A DNA stretch of 64,000 nucleotides from a virus: the IMG/VR virus record IMGVR_UViG_3300008117_006248, positions 1-64,000 of that record, one strand, 5' to 3'. Both the position numbers and the translations under genes were made by a program. Positions 8,471 to 16,490 of this stretch are shown here, piece by piece. Numbering within the stretch: the first letter of the stretch is position 1; each line of letters begins with the position of its first letter. The notes beneath the pieces were generated by a model, which ran no database searches, was not told the DNA's origin, and worked only from the letters and a program-made list of their open reading frames with translations.

Positions 8471-8484
8471 TAAGGAAAAAGTTT

Positions 8485-9093
8485 ATGTCTAAATCAAAAT
8501 CTATTAAAGATCTTGATCTTGTTTTAGTTAATAAGATCAAAGATAATAACTGCAACGACAGTTTCGAAAAATTATCAGGTTCTTACGATAATTTTTATTT
8601 CTCTATCGCAAGAAAATATTCTCAAGCATTAAACAGAATGGGAATGAGCAAAGAAGAGATAAAGTCTGAAAAAGATTTTATTCTTTACAAAGCAATTCAG
8701 TCTTTTGATGCGAAGCAGAAAACGAAGTTTTCAACTTGGTTTTGCAACTGTGCGAGATATCATTTTCTTAATTACATTAATTCAAACAAAAAATACATCT
8801 TGAACGAGGGTTTAGGTGTTGATGTTTATATTAATAAAGATATCTTAACTGTAACAGATAAGAATAATGATTTATTTGATTATTTGTCTTCTCTTCTTTC
8901 TTCTTTCAAAGATCCTAGAGTTAATGAGGTATATAAATTAAGGTATTTTTCTAACACGGCTAAACCTGTTACATGGAATAAGATCGCTAAAAAACTAAAT
9001 ATAAGCACACAGACAGCAATCAACCTGCACGAAAAGGCTAGAGTTTTCCTAAAAAACAAGATTCTTAGTAAAAATTCTTTCGATTTGGTTTGA
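8485..9093 (+). CDS. Phage RNA polymerase sigma factor (sigma70 family, regions 2+4)
   Basis: LYKAIQSFDAKQKTKFSTW (region 2) and TWNKIAKKLNISTQTAINLH (region 4 HTH); AAGGA SD 8 nt upstream. Confidence 0.85.
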   Translation: MSKSKSIKDLDLVLVNKIKDNNCNDSFEKLSGSYDNFYFSIARKYSQALNRMGMSKEEIKSEKDFILYKAIQSFDAKQKTKFSTWFCNCARYHFLNYINSNKKYILNEGLGVDVYINKDILTVTDKNNDLFDYLSSLLSSFKDPRVNEVYKLRYFSNTAKPVTWNKIAKKLNISTQTAINLHEKARVFLKNKILSKNSFDLV

Positions 9094-9126
9094 CTTTTTG
9101 GTTTTTTGGGTCATAATGTGTTTAGC

Positions 9127-9423
9127 ATGAATGCTACCAAGACTGAAAACAAGTGGGATAACCGCGAACTGGGCGCCTTGTGGACGAAAGTCAGCAAGGA
9201 TAAATCACAGAAGTATATGACTGGTCATATTAACACCTCTTTGGAGGGAAAGATTGACATTGTCATTTTCTCGAACAAGGAAAAGAAAACCGATAAATCT
9301 CCAGATTTTCGGATTTATGCTTCTGATCGCTCGGACAAGCAAAAGGATCAGGCTAGCAAAACCTCTCCAGCACTTGCCCAAAAAGTGCAATCGGAGTCTG
9401 AGGATGACGACGGAGTTCTATAA
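9127..9423 (+). CDS. DUF736-like protein with acidic tail
   Basis: ELGALW..SK..YMTG.I....IVIF.N..K...SPDFRIY; promoter TTGACT(9090)-N16-CATAAT(9112) supports ATG 9127. Confidence 0.6.
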   Translation: MNATKTENKWDNRELGALWTKVSKDKSQKYMTGHINTSLEGKIDIVIFSNKEKKTDKSPDFRIYASDRSDKQKDQASKTSPALAQKVQSESEDDDGVL

Positions 9424-9445
9424 TAAAAAGTAGAAAATCCTTTTC

Positions 9446-9475
9446 ACCTACCTATAACAATAGGTAGGTTTTTTT
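9446..9475 (+). terminator. Terminator-like hairpin abutting the next start codon
   Basis: ACCTACCTAT-AACA-ATAGGTAGGT-TTTTTT, then ATG 9476. Confidence 0.7.
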
Positions 9476-10558
9476 ATGCAATTTGCCGTTCAAGTTCCGC
9501 TAAATTCTTTGAGCTTTGGCCAAGTTAGTTTTAATTTGCTTTACGAGTTTTACAAGCTCGGGCTTAATCCACATATTTTCAAATCTTCTGACCATCAGAT
9601 AGACTTTTCAGCTTATGACTTTGAACAAGACTTTACCAACTGGATCATTAAAAATCACAATGAAGCACTATTGAAGCATAATAGAAATATTCCATGTATA
9701 AGACTTTGGCATATTAATGATTCACTCAGGACATATTCAAATAGGCAAATTCTTTTAACTTTCCACGAAACGGATCAACTTACTCCTATTGAAGCAAATA
9801 TCTTAAAAAATAGCGAAGTTTGCGTGACTTCAAAATACACTCAAGATGTTTTCGCGGACGCTGGCGTTTCTTCTTCTATCGTACATCTTGGATTTGATTC
9901 TAATCACTTTAAGATTTTAGATAAAAAATATTTTGATGACGGAAGAATAACTTTTAATCTTTGCGGCAAGTACGAAAAACGCAAGCATCATACAAAGATT
10001 GTAAAGACATGGATTAAAAAATTTGGTAAAGATAAGAGATATTCTTTGCAATGCGCTTTACACAATCCGTTTTATCAAGACCCCGCTGAATTAAAAGGAG
10101 TATTCTCAAATATGTTAGACGGCAAGCCCGTTTTTAACGTTACATTTTTGACATCGATGCCAAAAAATTCCACCTACAATGATTTTCTAAATTCTTCAGA
10201 TATCGTTATCGCAATGTCTGGCGCAGAAGGCTGGGGCCTTCCAGAGTTTCAATCTGTAGGGCTTGGCAAGCACGCAGTTGTTTTAAATGCCACATCTTAC
10301 AAAGAGTGGGCTAATAAAGAAAACTCTATAATTGTCGAGCCAAATAATAAAATTGAAGTCTATGATGGAAAGTTTTTCTCTAAGGGAGCGCCATTCAACC
10401 AGGGAAATATTTTTGATTTTAGTGAAGATGAATTCATTGCTGGCTGTGAAGAAGCGATTAAGAGGGTCGAATCAGATAGAGTTAATCACGAAGGATTAAA
10501 ACTCCAAGAAAAATTCAAGTATTCAGATACGGCTAATAAACTGCTATCAATGATTTAA
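9476..10558 (+). CDS. Glycosyltransferase, GT-B/GT4 family
   Basis: GKYEKRK and SGAEGWGLPEFQS (E-x7-E-like) motifs. Confidence 0.85.
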   Translation: MQFAVQVPLNSLSFGQVSFNLLYEFYKLGLNPHIFKSSDHQIDFSAYDFEQDFTNWIIKNHNEALLKHNRNIPCIRLWHINDSLRTYSNRQILLTFHETDQLTPIEANILKNSEVCVTSKYTQDVFADAGVSSSIVHLGFDSNHFKILDKKYFDDGRITFNLCGKYEKRKHHTKIVKTWIKKFGKDKRYSLQCALHNPFYQDPAELKGVFSNMLDGKPVFNVTFLTSMPKNSTYNDFLNSSDIVIAMSGAEGWGLPEFQSVGLGKHAVVLNATSYKEWANKENSIIVEPNNKIEVYDGKFFSKGAPFNQGNIFDFSEDEFIAGCEEAIKRVESDRVNHEGLKLQEKFKYSDTANKLLSMI

Positions 10559-10559
10559 T

Positions 10560-10934
10560 ATGCCAATTTATCTATTTAAGAACCCTAAAACCGGCAAAAT
10601 TGTTTCTGTTTTTCAGCAAATGAATGAAGAACATGTTCATTCTGAAGATGGAATTAAGTATGAAAGAGTCTTTACAGTACCTAACGCTCAAATTGATGCC
10701 GATATTGATGTTGATTCTTCTGAAAAGTTTATAGAAAAAACAGGAAAAATGAAAGGCACACTTGGAGAAATTTGGGACTACTCTCAAGAATTAAGTAACA
10801 AAAGAGCTGAAAAAAACGGTGGTATTGATCCTGTGCGTCAAAAAGCAGAAGAAAAATATTCCAAAAAGCGCAGGGGTATGAAATATAAAAACAAGATAAA
10901 CCCTTCGGAAATGCCCAAGATTCAGCTTGACTAA
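10560..10934 (+). CDS. FmdB-like regulatory protein (Cys-less variant)
   Basis: MPIYLFKNPKTG...YERVFTVP N-terminus resembles the FmdB zinc-ribbon family but lacks the cysteines. Confidence 0.5.
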   Translation: MPIYLFKNPKTGKIVSVFQQMNEEHVHSEDGIKYERVFTVPNAQIDADIDVDSSEKFIEKTGKMKGTLGEIWDYSQELSNKRAEKNGGIDPVRQKAEEKYSKKRRGMKYKNKINPSEMPKIQLD

Positions 10935-10971
10935 TTCTATTTTCCGGGAATATTGTGTAAACCATCATCCT

Positions 10972-12942
10972 ATGAGCATTCTATCTAAAGATTTTATTTC
11001 AAAATATAAAGGCAAACAACCAAACTGGGGCTTCAATGGTTTGGGCTATGTTGTCTACAAAAGAACATACGCAAGACTCAAGGAAGATGGCTCTACCGAA
11101 GAGTGGCATGAAACTGTAGAGCGTTGCGTAAATGGGGCGCAAAAGATTGGCGCTGGATACACAGAAGAAGAGGCCGAAAGAATATATGATTATGTATTTA
11201 ATCTAAAGTGCAATTTTGCCGGAAGAATGCTTTGGCAGCTTGGTACATCTACAGTTGATCGCTTTGGGGCTAATTCATTGCTTAATTGCTGGGCTGTAGC
11301 AATGCGAGAGCCTAATGCATTTTTGTTTCTTTTTGAGAATCTGATGCTTGGTGGTGGCGTTGGTTATAGTATCCGAAGAGAAGATGTTCATGAGTTACCT
11401 AAAATAAAGAAAAGTGTAAAGGTTATTCATGAAGGCTCTAAAGATGCTGATTACATTGTCCCTGATAAGCGCGAAGGCTGGGTTAACTTGCTATCTAAAG
11501 TCTTGGATGCTTTTTATGTCACTGGCAAATCGTTTTCTTATTCGACCATTCTTATCAGAGGGTATGGAGAACCAATCAAAGGCTTTGGGGGAAAAGCTAG
11601 CGGCCCACAAGTCCTTATTGATGGAATCGATAAGATCACAAAAATTTTCCAGTCTAGAGAAGGCAAAAAACTTCGTTCGCTCGATGTTCTAGATATCTGC
11701 AATATAATTGGCAGCATTGTTGTCGCTGGTAATGTTCGTCGAAGTGCTGAAATCGCTCTTGGCGACCCTGACGACATTCTTTATTTGCGAGCAAAGAATT
11801 GGGGCACTGGCAATGTTCCAAACTGGAGAGCTATGAGCAATAATACTATTTATGCTGATAGCTACAGTCATGTTCTTGAAGAAATTTGGAAAAACGGCTA
11901 TGAAATAAACCCAGACAGCGGATACGCGAACGGAGAGCCTTATGGCTTTTTTAATCTACCGCTTTCTCAAAAATTCGGAAGAATTAAAGATGGCGACATT
12001 TCTCAAAACGCAATGTATCCGACAGATATAGATAATTGCGAAATGACCAATCCATGCGCTGAAATTAGCCTTTCTAATTATGAATGCTGCAATCTTTGCG
12101 AACTGTATTTAAATAATATCTCTAGTAAAGAAGAGCTTCTTGATTGCTCTCAGCTTCTTTATAAAACTCAAAAAGCAATAGCTTCTCTCCCTTTCATCCA
12201 TGAAGAAACTAATAAAATCGTTCACAAGAACATGCGCCTTGGCCTTGGCATTACTGGTGTATGTCAGTCTCTTGATAAGCTTTCTTGGCTTGATGATTGC
12301 TATGTTGCTCTTCGCGCTTTTGATAGGGCTTGGAGCAAGAAGCGCGGATGGCCTGAAAGCATTAAGCTCACGACTGTTAAACCCAGCGGCACATTAAGCT
12401 TGCTTGGCGGAGCTACCCCCGGAGTACATCCAGCATTTAGCCAATATTATATGCGCACAGTTCGCATGTCTAGTTCTGATGCGTTAGTTCAAATTTGTAA
12501 GGACATGGGTTATCATGTTGAGTTTCTTGTTAATTTTGACGGGACAGAAAACAGAGATACTGTTGTTGTTTATTTCCCATGCAAAACACCAGAAGGATCA
12601 ATCTTGGCTAAAGATATGGACGTTTTGAAGCAGCTTGACATGGTGAAAAAGCTTCAAACAGATTGGTCTGACAACGCCGTGTCCGTAACTGCTTATTATA
12701 AACCAGAAGAACTTGATTCATTAAAAGCTTGGCTTAAGGAAAATTACGAGCATAATGTAAAGAGCGTTAGCTTCTTGCTGTTTAAAAACCACGGATTTAA
12801 GCAGGCTCCCTATCAAGAGATTGACGAAGAAACATATTTGTTAGCTTCGTCTAAAGTTAAACCAATATCTTCTTTATCTATCAACAGCACTGAAATGCTA
12901 GATATGGCTGAGTGCGCTACTGGCGCTTGCCCAATCCGCTAA
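10972..12942 (+). CDS. nrdJ: Ribonucleotide reductase class II, monomeric adenosylcobalamin-dependent (RTPR type)
   Basis: GRMLWQLG, GNVRRSAEI, TNPCAEI..CNL.E, TTVKPSGT, C-terminal CATGACPIR; no beta subunit gene nearby; start placed at MSILSK. Confidence 0.92.
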   Translation: MSILSKDFISKYKGKQPNWGFNGLGYVVYKRTYARLKEDGSTEEWHETVERCVNGAQKIGAGYTEEEAERIYDYVFNLKCNFAGRMLWQLGTSTVDRFGANSLLNCWAVAMREPNAFLFLFENLMLGGGVGYSIRREDVHELPKIKKSVKVIHEGSKDADYIVPDKREGWVNLLSKVLDAFYVTGKSFSYSTILIRGYGEPIKGFGGKASGPQVLIDGIDKITKIFQSREGKKLRSLDVLDICNIIGSIVVAGNVRRSAEIALGDPDDILYLRAKNWGTGNVPNWRAMSNNTIYADSYSHVLEEIWKNGYEINPDSGYANGEPYGFFNLPLSQKFGRIKDGDISQNAMYPTDIDNCEMTNPCAEISLSNYECCNLCELYLNNISSKEELLDCSQLLYKTQKAIASLPFIHEETNKIVHKNMRLGLGITGVCQSLDKLSWLDDCYVALRAFDRAWSKKRGWPESIKLTTVKPSGTLSLLGGATPGVHPAFSQYYMRTVRMSSSDALVQICKDMGYHVEFLVNFDGTENRDTVVVYFPCKTPEGSILAKDMDVLKQLDMVKKLQTDWSDNAVSVTAYYKPEELDSLKAWLKENYEHNVKSVSFLLFKNHGFKQAPYQEIDEETYLLASSKVKPISSLSINSTEMLDMAECATGACPIR

Positions 12943-12961
12943 TCACATAAAAAATTACAAA

Positions 12962-13005
12962 ATTAGGGTCTAATTTTATGGAAATTTCCATAGTTAGGCC
13001 CTAAT
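12962..13005. other. Long imperfect inverted repeat between nrdJ and the glycan island
   Basis: ATTAGGGTCTAA..TATGG-AAATTT-CCATA..TTAGGCCCTAAT; no U-tract. Confidence 0.6.
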
Positions 13006-13018
13006 ACATTTTAATAAC

Positions 13019-13795
13019 ATGAAATTTTACGTCAGAGGCGGGGTGGGCGATTTTTTACAATGCTCTTGGTTTATACAAAATAACAAAACCAAAGAATTTA
13101 TTGTCCACACACATTTTAAAGAGGCCGAATCTTTTTTCAAAAACTTAAATGCAGAAAATGTTTTCTTTTACTATTTTGATACTATAGAAGAACACGATAA
13201 ACAAATAGATAAAATTCTTGAAAACCATGGAGAAAACTCTACCACCAACATAAGAGAATGCCCCAGAAGTTATTATTCTAACATTAATTTTTCTCAACAA
13301 TTCAAAGACGAAGCTGAATCTTTTATTAAAAAGTTTTCTAATAAAAAACCAATAATAGGTATTCATCCTTTCGGAAGCAATTTTTCTTGCGACACTTATT
13401 CTCGTTTCAATTTACCTATAAAATATTTATCTCCAGAGATAGTTTCAGAAATGATTAGCGAAAATTATAATTATATTATATTTGGATCTAAATCTCAACT
13501 AGAGTCTTACGGAATACCACAGTCTGAAAATATACTACACACTGACATTAGCATTGAATCCTGTTTGGAGTTAGTGAAACTCTGCTGTAAATTTTTTGGC
13601 ACAGACAGCTGCTTTAAAACAATGTCTTCTATGTCAAGAATACCAACATATTGCGTTTTAGGAGATTTCGAGGATACTATAAGAGATCAATTTTTTATTA
13701 ATCAATACGAAAAAGACAATGTTATGAAAGTTTTTAGATTCAAAGATGCCTATTCTGAAAAAAACAAGCTAATTGACTTTTTAAAACTAAATTGA
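13019..13795 (+). CDS. Glycosyltransferase, GT9 (heptosyltransferase)-like
   Basis: GGVGDFLQ N-terminus, IGIHPFGS and FFGTDSC motifs. Confidence 0.65.
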   Translation: MKFYVRGGVGDFLQCSWFIQNNKTKEFIVHTHFKEAESFFKNLNAENVFFYYFDTIEEHDKQIDKILENHGENSTTNIRECPRSYYSNINFSQQFKDEAESFIKKFSNKKPIIGIHPFGSNFSCDTYSRFNLPIKYLSPEIVSEMISENYNYIIFGSKSQLESYGIPQSENILHTDISIESCLELVKLCCKFFGTDSCFKTMSSMSRIPTYCVLGDFEDTIRDQFFINQYEKDNVMKVFRFKDAYSEKNKLIDFLKLN

Positions 13796-13796
13796 T

Positions 13797-14534
13797 ATGA
13801 AATTTTCTTTATTTCTAAATACAAGAAATAGACCTCACCTACTTAGAAATTTTTTAAATTCTGTCTATCAAACTACAAGCGATAAAAATTCTATAGAAAT
13901 TATTATTACTTATGATGACGATGACGAGCTAACTCACGCTATTTCTAAAAATAATTTTGGACTGGATATAAGGTTTATCAGAGGTCCAAGGCCTGATAAT
14001 TTAATTGCCTCTTACAACAGAATGGTCAGAGTTGCAAAAGGAGAAAATCTTTTTGTTTGCAACGATGATATCTCTATTTTAACTAAAAGCTGGGATGAAA
14101 TAGCCTTAAATAAAATAAATGAATACAAGGAAATTCATGGATTTTCTGATAATATTTATTATTGCAAAACCCACTGCAATAGCGCAGATAGAGACATAAC
14201 CGCAGGATATTGTTCTTTTCCAATAATTTCCAAAAAAGCGACCGAGGTTTTAGGGTTTTTCATGTATGAATCTTTTAAAACTTTAGGAGGAGACACTTCT
14301 ATATACAGACTCTATAAAGAAATAGAAAGAATTATAGATTTACAAGAAATAAAAATAGATCATATTTTGCATAATACTGTTTCTGCGGTTTGTTCTCCTG
14401 ATAAAGTAGCCGAAGAATATAGACATAAATTTTTTTCTAATGTAATAAACCCACTGACTTTTGATGTATCTAAAGAAGCTAAATTACTAATAGATTATAT
14501 AAATGAAAATTCTGAATCTAAGTTCTTTGAATAA
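13797..14534 (+). CDS. Glycosyltransferase, GT-A/GT2-like
   Basis: TRNRP, EIIITYDDDD, FVCNDD motifs. Confidence 0.8.
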   Translation: MKFSLFLNTRNRPHLLRNFLNSVYQTTSDKNSIEIIITYDDDDELTHAISKNNFGLDIRFIRGPRPDNLIASYNRMVRVAKGENLFVCNDDISILTKSWDEIALNKINEYKEIHGFSDNIYYCKTHCNSADRDITAGYCSFPIISKKATEVLGFFMYESFKTLGGDTSIYRLYKEIERIIDLQEIKIDHILHNTVSAVCSPDKVAEEYRHKFFSNVINPLTFDVSKEAKLLIDYINENSESKFFE

Positions 14535-15045
14535 CTGCAAAATAAAAGACCTTTTTGTTCTTCAGCCAGAAACTTTTAGCGATTTTAGAGGGGAAAATTT
14601 TGAAGGATACAACGACTGCTCCTATCAAAAAATTTTTTCTTCTAGCGAAAGGTGGTCGAAAGCAAGCCCCAAATTTATAGTAGATAGTTTTTCTAAATCT
14701 AGAAAAGATGTCTTGCGTGGATTTCATGGAGATATTTTTACATGGAAACTTATAGAGTGTCTGAAAGGATCAATATACTTTGCCGTCATAGACTTAAGGA
14801 AAGATTCTGAAACATTCGGTGAACATCAAACATTTACTCTCACAGAACATAATAAGTACCAAGTGCTTGTACCGAATGGGTGCGTTAATGCGCATTTATG
14901 TGTCAGTGAAGAATGCTTATTTCATTATAAATTTACGCATGAATACGTTGCGCAAAAAGACCAGATGCATGTAAAATGGAACGACCCAAAATATAATATT
15001 TTTTGGCCTATAAACAATCCAATCCTTTCTGAAAGAGATAAATGA
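14503..15045 (+). CDS. rmlC: dTDP-4-dehydrorhamnose 3,5-epimerase (RmlC cupin family)
   Basis: DFRG.N.E, VLRGFH, IDLRKDSETFG, VPNGCVNAH, WNDP..I.WP..P.LSERD. Confidence 0.9.
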   Translation: MKILNLSSLNNCKIKDLFVLQPETFSDFRGENFEGYNDCSYQKIFSSSERWSKASPKFIVDSFSKSRKDVLRGFHGDIFTWKLIECLKGSIYFAVIDLRKDSETFGEHQTFTLTEHNKYQVLVPNGCVNAHLCVSEECLFHYKFTHEYVAQKDQMHVKWNDPKYNIFWPINNPILSERDK

Positions 15046-15551
15046 AAAATTTTATAATAGTCTCTGCGATAAAAGAAGAGTTTCCATTTGACGAAGATTT
15101 TCCAATTATTTACACTGGAATCGGCAAAGTAAACGCTGCGATTGGTTTGTGTAATTACTTAAATCTTAATCCAAAAATAGATATTGTTATAAATTTAGGA
15201 TCTGCTGGAGGATTAAATTGCGAAATTGGATCAATTGTTGAATGCGGTATTTTTATAGACGGCCAATTAGACTATCCCGGATATATACAAGAGCAAATAG
15301 TATTTGGAATTAATAAAAAAACATGTTGCACTTTTGATAATTTTGTAACTGAAAAACCAAAAATTTATGCAAATTGTGTCGATATGGAGGCGGCGGCTCT
15401 CGCCAAAACTTGCATGCAAAAAGAACTTAAATTTTTGTGTTTTAAATATATTTCTGATATAATAGGTGAAGAAAAACAAACAACTAAATGGCTTAAAAAT
15501 TATAAAGAAGGTAAAAATCTTCTGAGAAAAGCTCTAGAAAACATAATATGA
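15042..15551 (+). CDS. MTA/SAH nucleosidase-like (PNP_UDP_1 family)
   Basis: TGIGKVNAA, INLGSAGG, VDMEAAALA, KYISD. Confidence 0.85.
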   Translation: MKNFIIVSAIKEEFPFDEDFPIIYTGIGKVNAAIGLCNYLNLNPKIDIVINLGSAGGLNCEIGSIVECGIFIDGQLDYPGYIQEQIVFGINKKTCCTFDNFVTEKPKIYANCVDMEAAALAKTCMQKELKFLCFKYISDIIGEEKQTTKWLKNYKEGKNLLRKALENII

Positions 15552-16483
15552 AAATTTTAATCACAGGGGGCGCGGGATATTTAGGCTCAGTATTAACTGA
15601 AAACTTACTTAAAGAAGGTAACGAAGTAACTATTTTAGATAATTTATGCTATAATCAGTTATCTCTGAGCGGATTTTTTTCTAATAAACTGTTTAAATTT
15701 GTACTGGGAGACGTTAGAGAAAAATCTCTTTTAGAAAAACTTGTAAGTGAAAATGATGTAATTATACCATTGGCAGCTATTGTTGGAATGCCAGCTTGCA
15801 AAAGCAATCCCCAAGCCGCAATCGATATAAATCTAAATCAAATAAAAAATATAATTAAATTTTCTAGTAAAAACCAAAGAATCATATTGCCTAATACTAA
15901 TAGTCAATATGGCTCATCTTCTGAAATAATTACAGAAAGTAGTCCTTTCAAACCCCTATCTCTTTATGCAGAAACCAAATGCGATGCCGAAAAAGCGCTT
16001 CTTGACTCTGGAAATGGAATTGCTCTAAGACTAGCTACTGTTTTTGGTATGTCTTATAGAATGAGAATGGATCTTTTAGTTAACGATCTTGTATTTAAAT
16101 CTTTGACTGATGGATATCTTGTTCTTTTTGAATCTCATTTTATCAGAAATTATATTCATGTAAGAGATGTTTCTAAGGCTTTCTCTTTTATGATATATAG
16201 ATACCTAAATTGCAATAATAACGCTTTCAATGTAGGTCTTTCTGATGCTAATTTAAATAAATTGCAATTAGCAGAAACTATCAAAAAGTTTATTCCTGAA
16301 TTAGTTATCGTGCAAAATGAATTCAAAAAAGATTTTGACCAAAGAAATTATAGAGTGTCAAATAAAAAAATAGAATCATATGGATGGTCTCCAGATTTTT
16401 CTCTAGAATCCGGCATAAAAGAATTGATTAATGGGTATCAGCAAATAATAAAATATAAAAATAAAGATTTTACTAACTTGTAA
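15548..16483 (+). CDS. NAD-dependent nucleotide-sugar epimerase/dehydratase (extended SDR)
   Basis: GGAGYLG, YAETK (YxxxK), RLATVFG, RNYIHVRD. Confidence 0.92.
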   Translation: MKILITGGAGYLGSVLTENLLKEGNEVTILDNLCYNQLSLSGFFSNKLFKFVLGDVREKSLLEKLVSENDVIIPLAAIVGMPACKSNPQAAIDINLNQIKNIIKFSSKNQRIILPNTNSQYGSSSEIITESSPFKPLSLYAETKCDAEKALLDSGNGIALRLATVFGMSYRMRMDLLVNDLVFKSLTDGYLVLFESHFIRNYIHVRDVSKAFSFMIYRYLNCNNNAFNVGLSDANLNKLQLAETIKKFIPELVIVQNEFKKDFDQRNYRVSNKKIESYGWSPDFSLESGIKELINGYQQIIKYKNKDFTNL

Positions 16484-16490
16484 TTTATTT

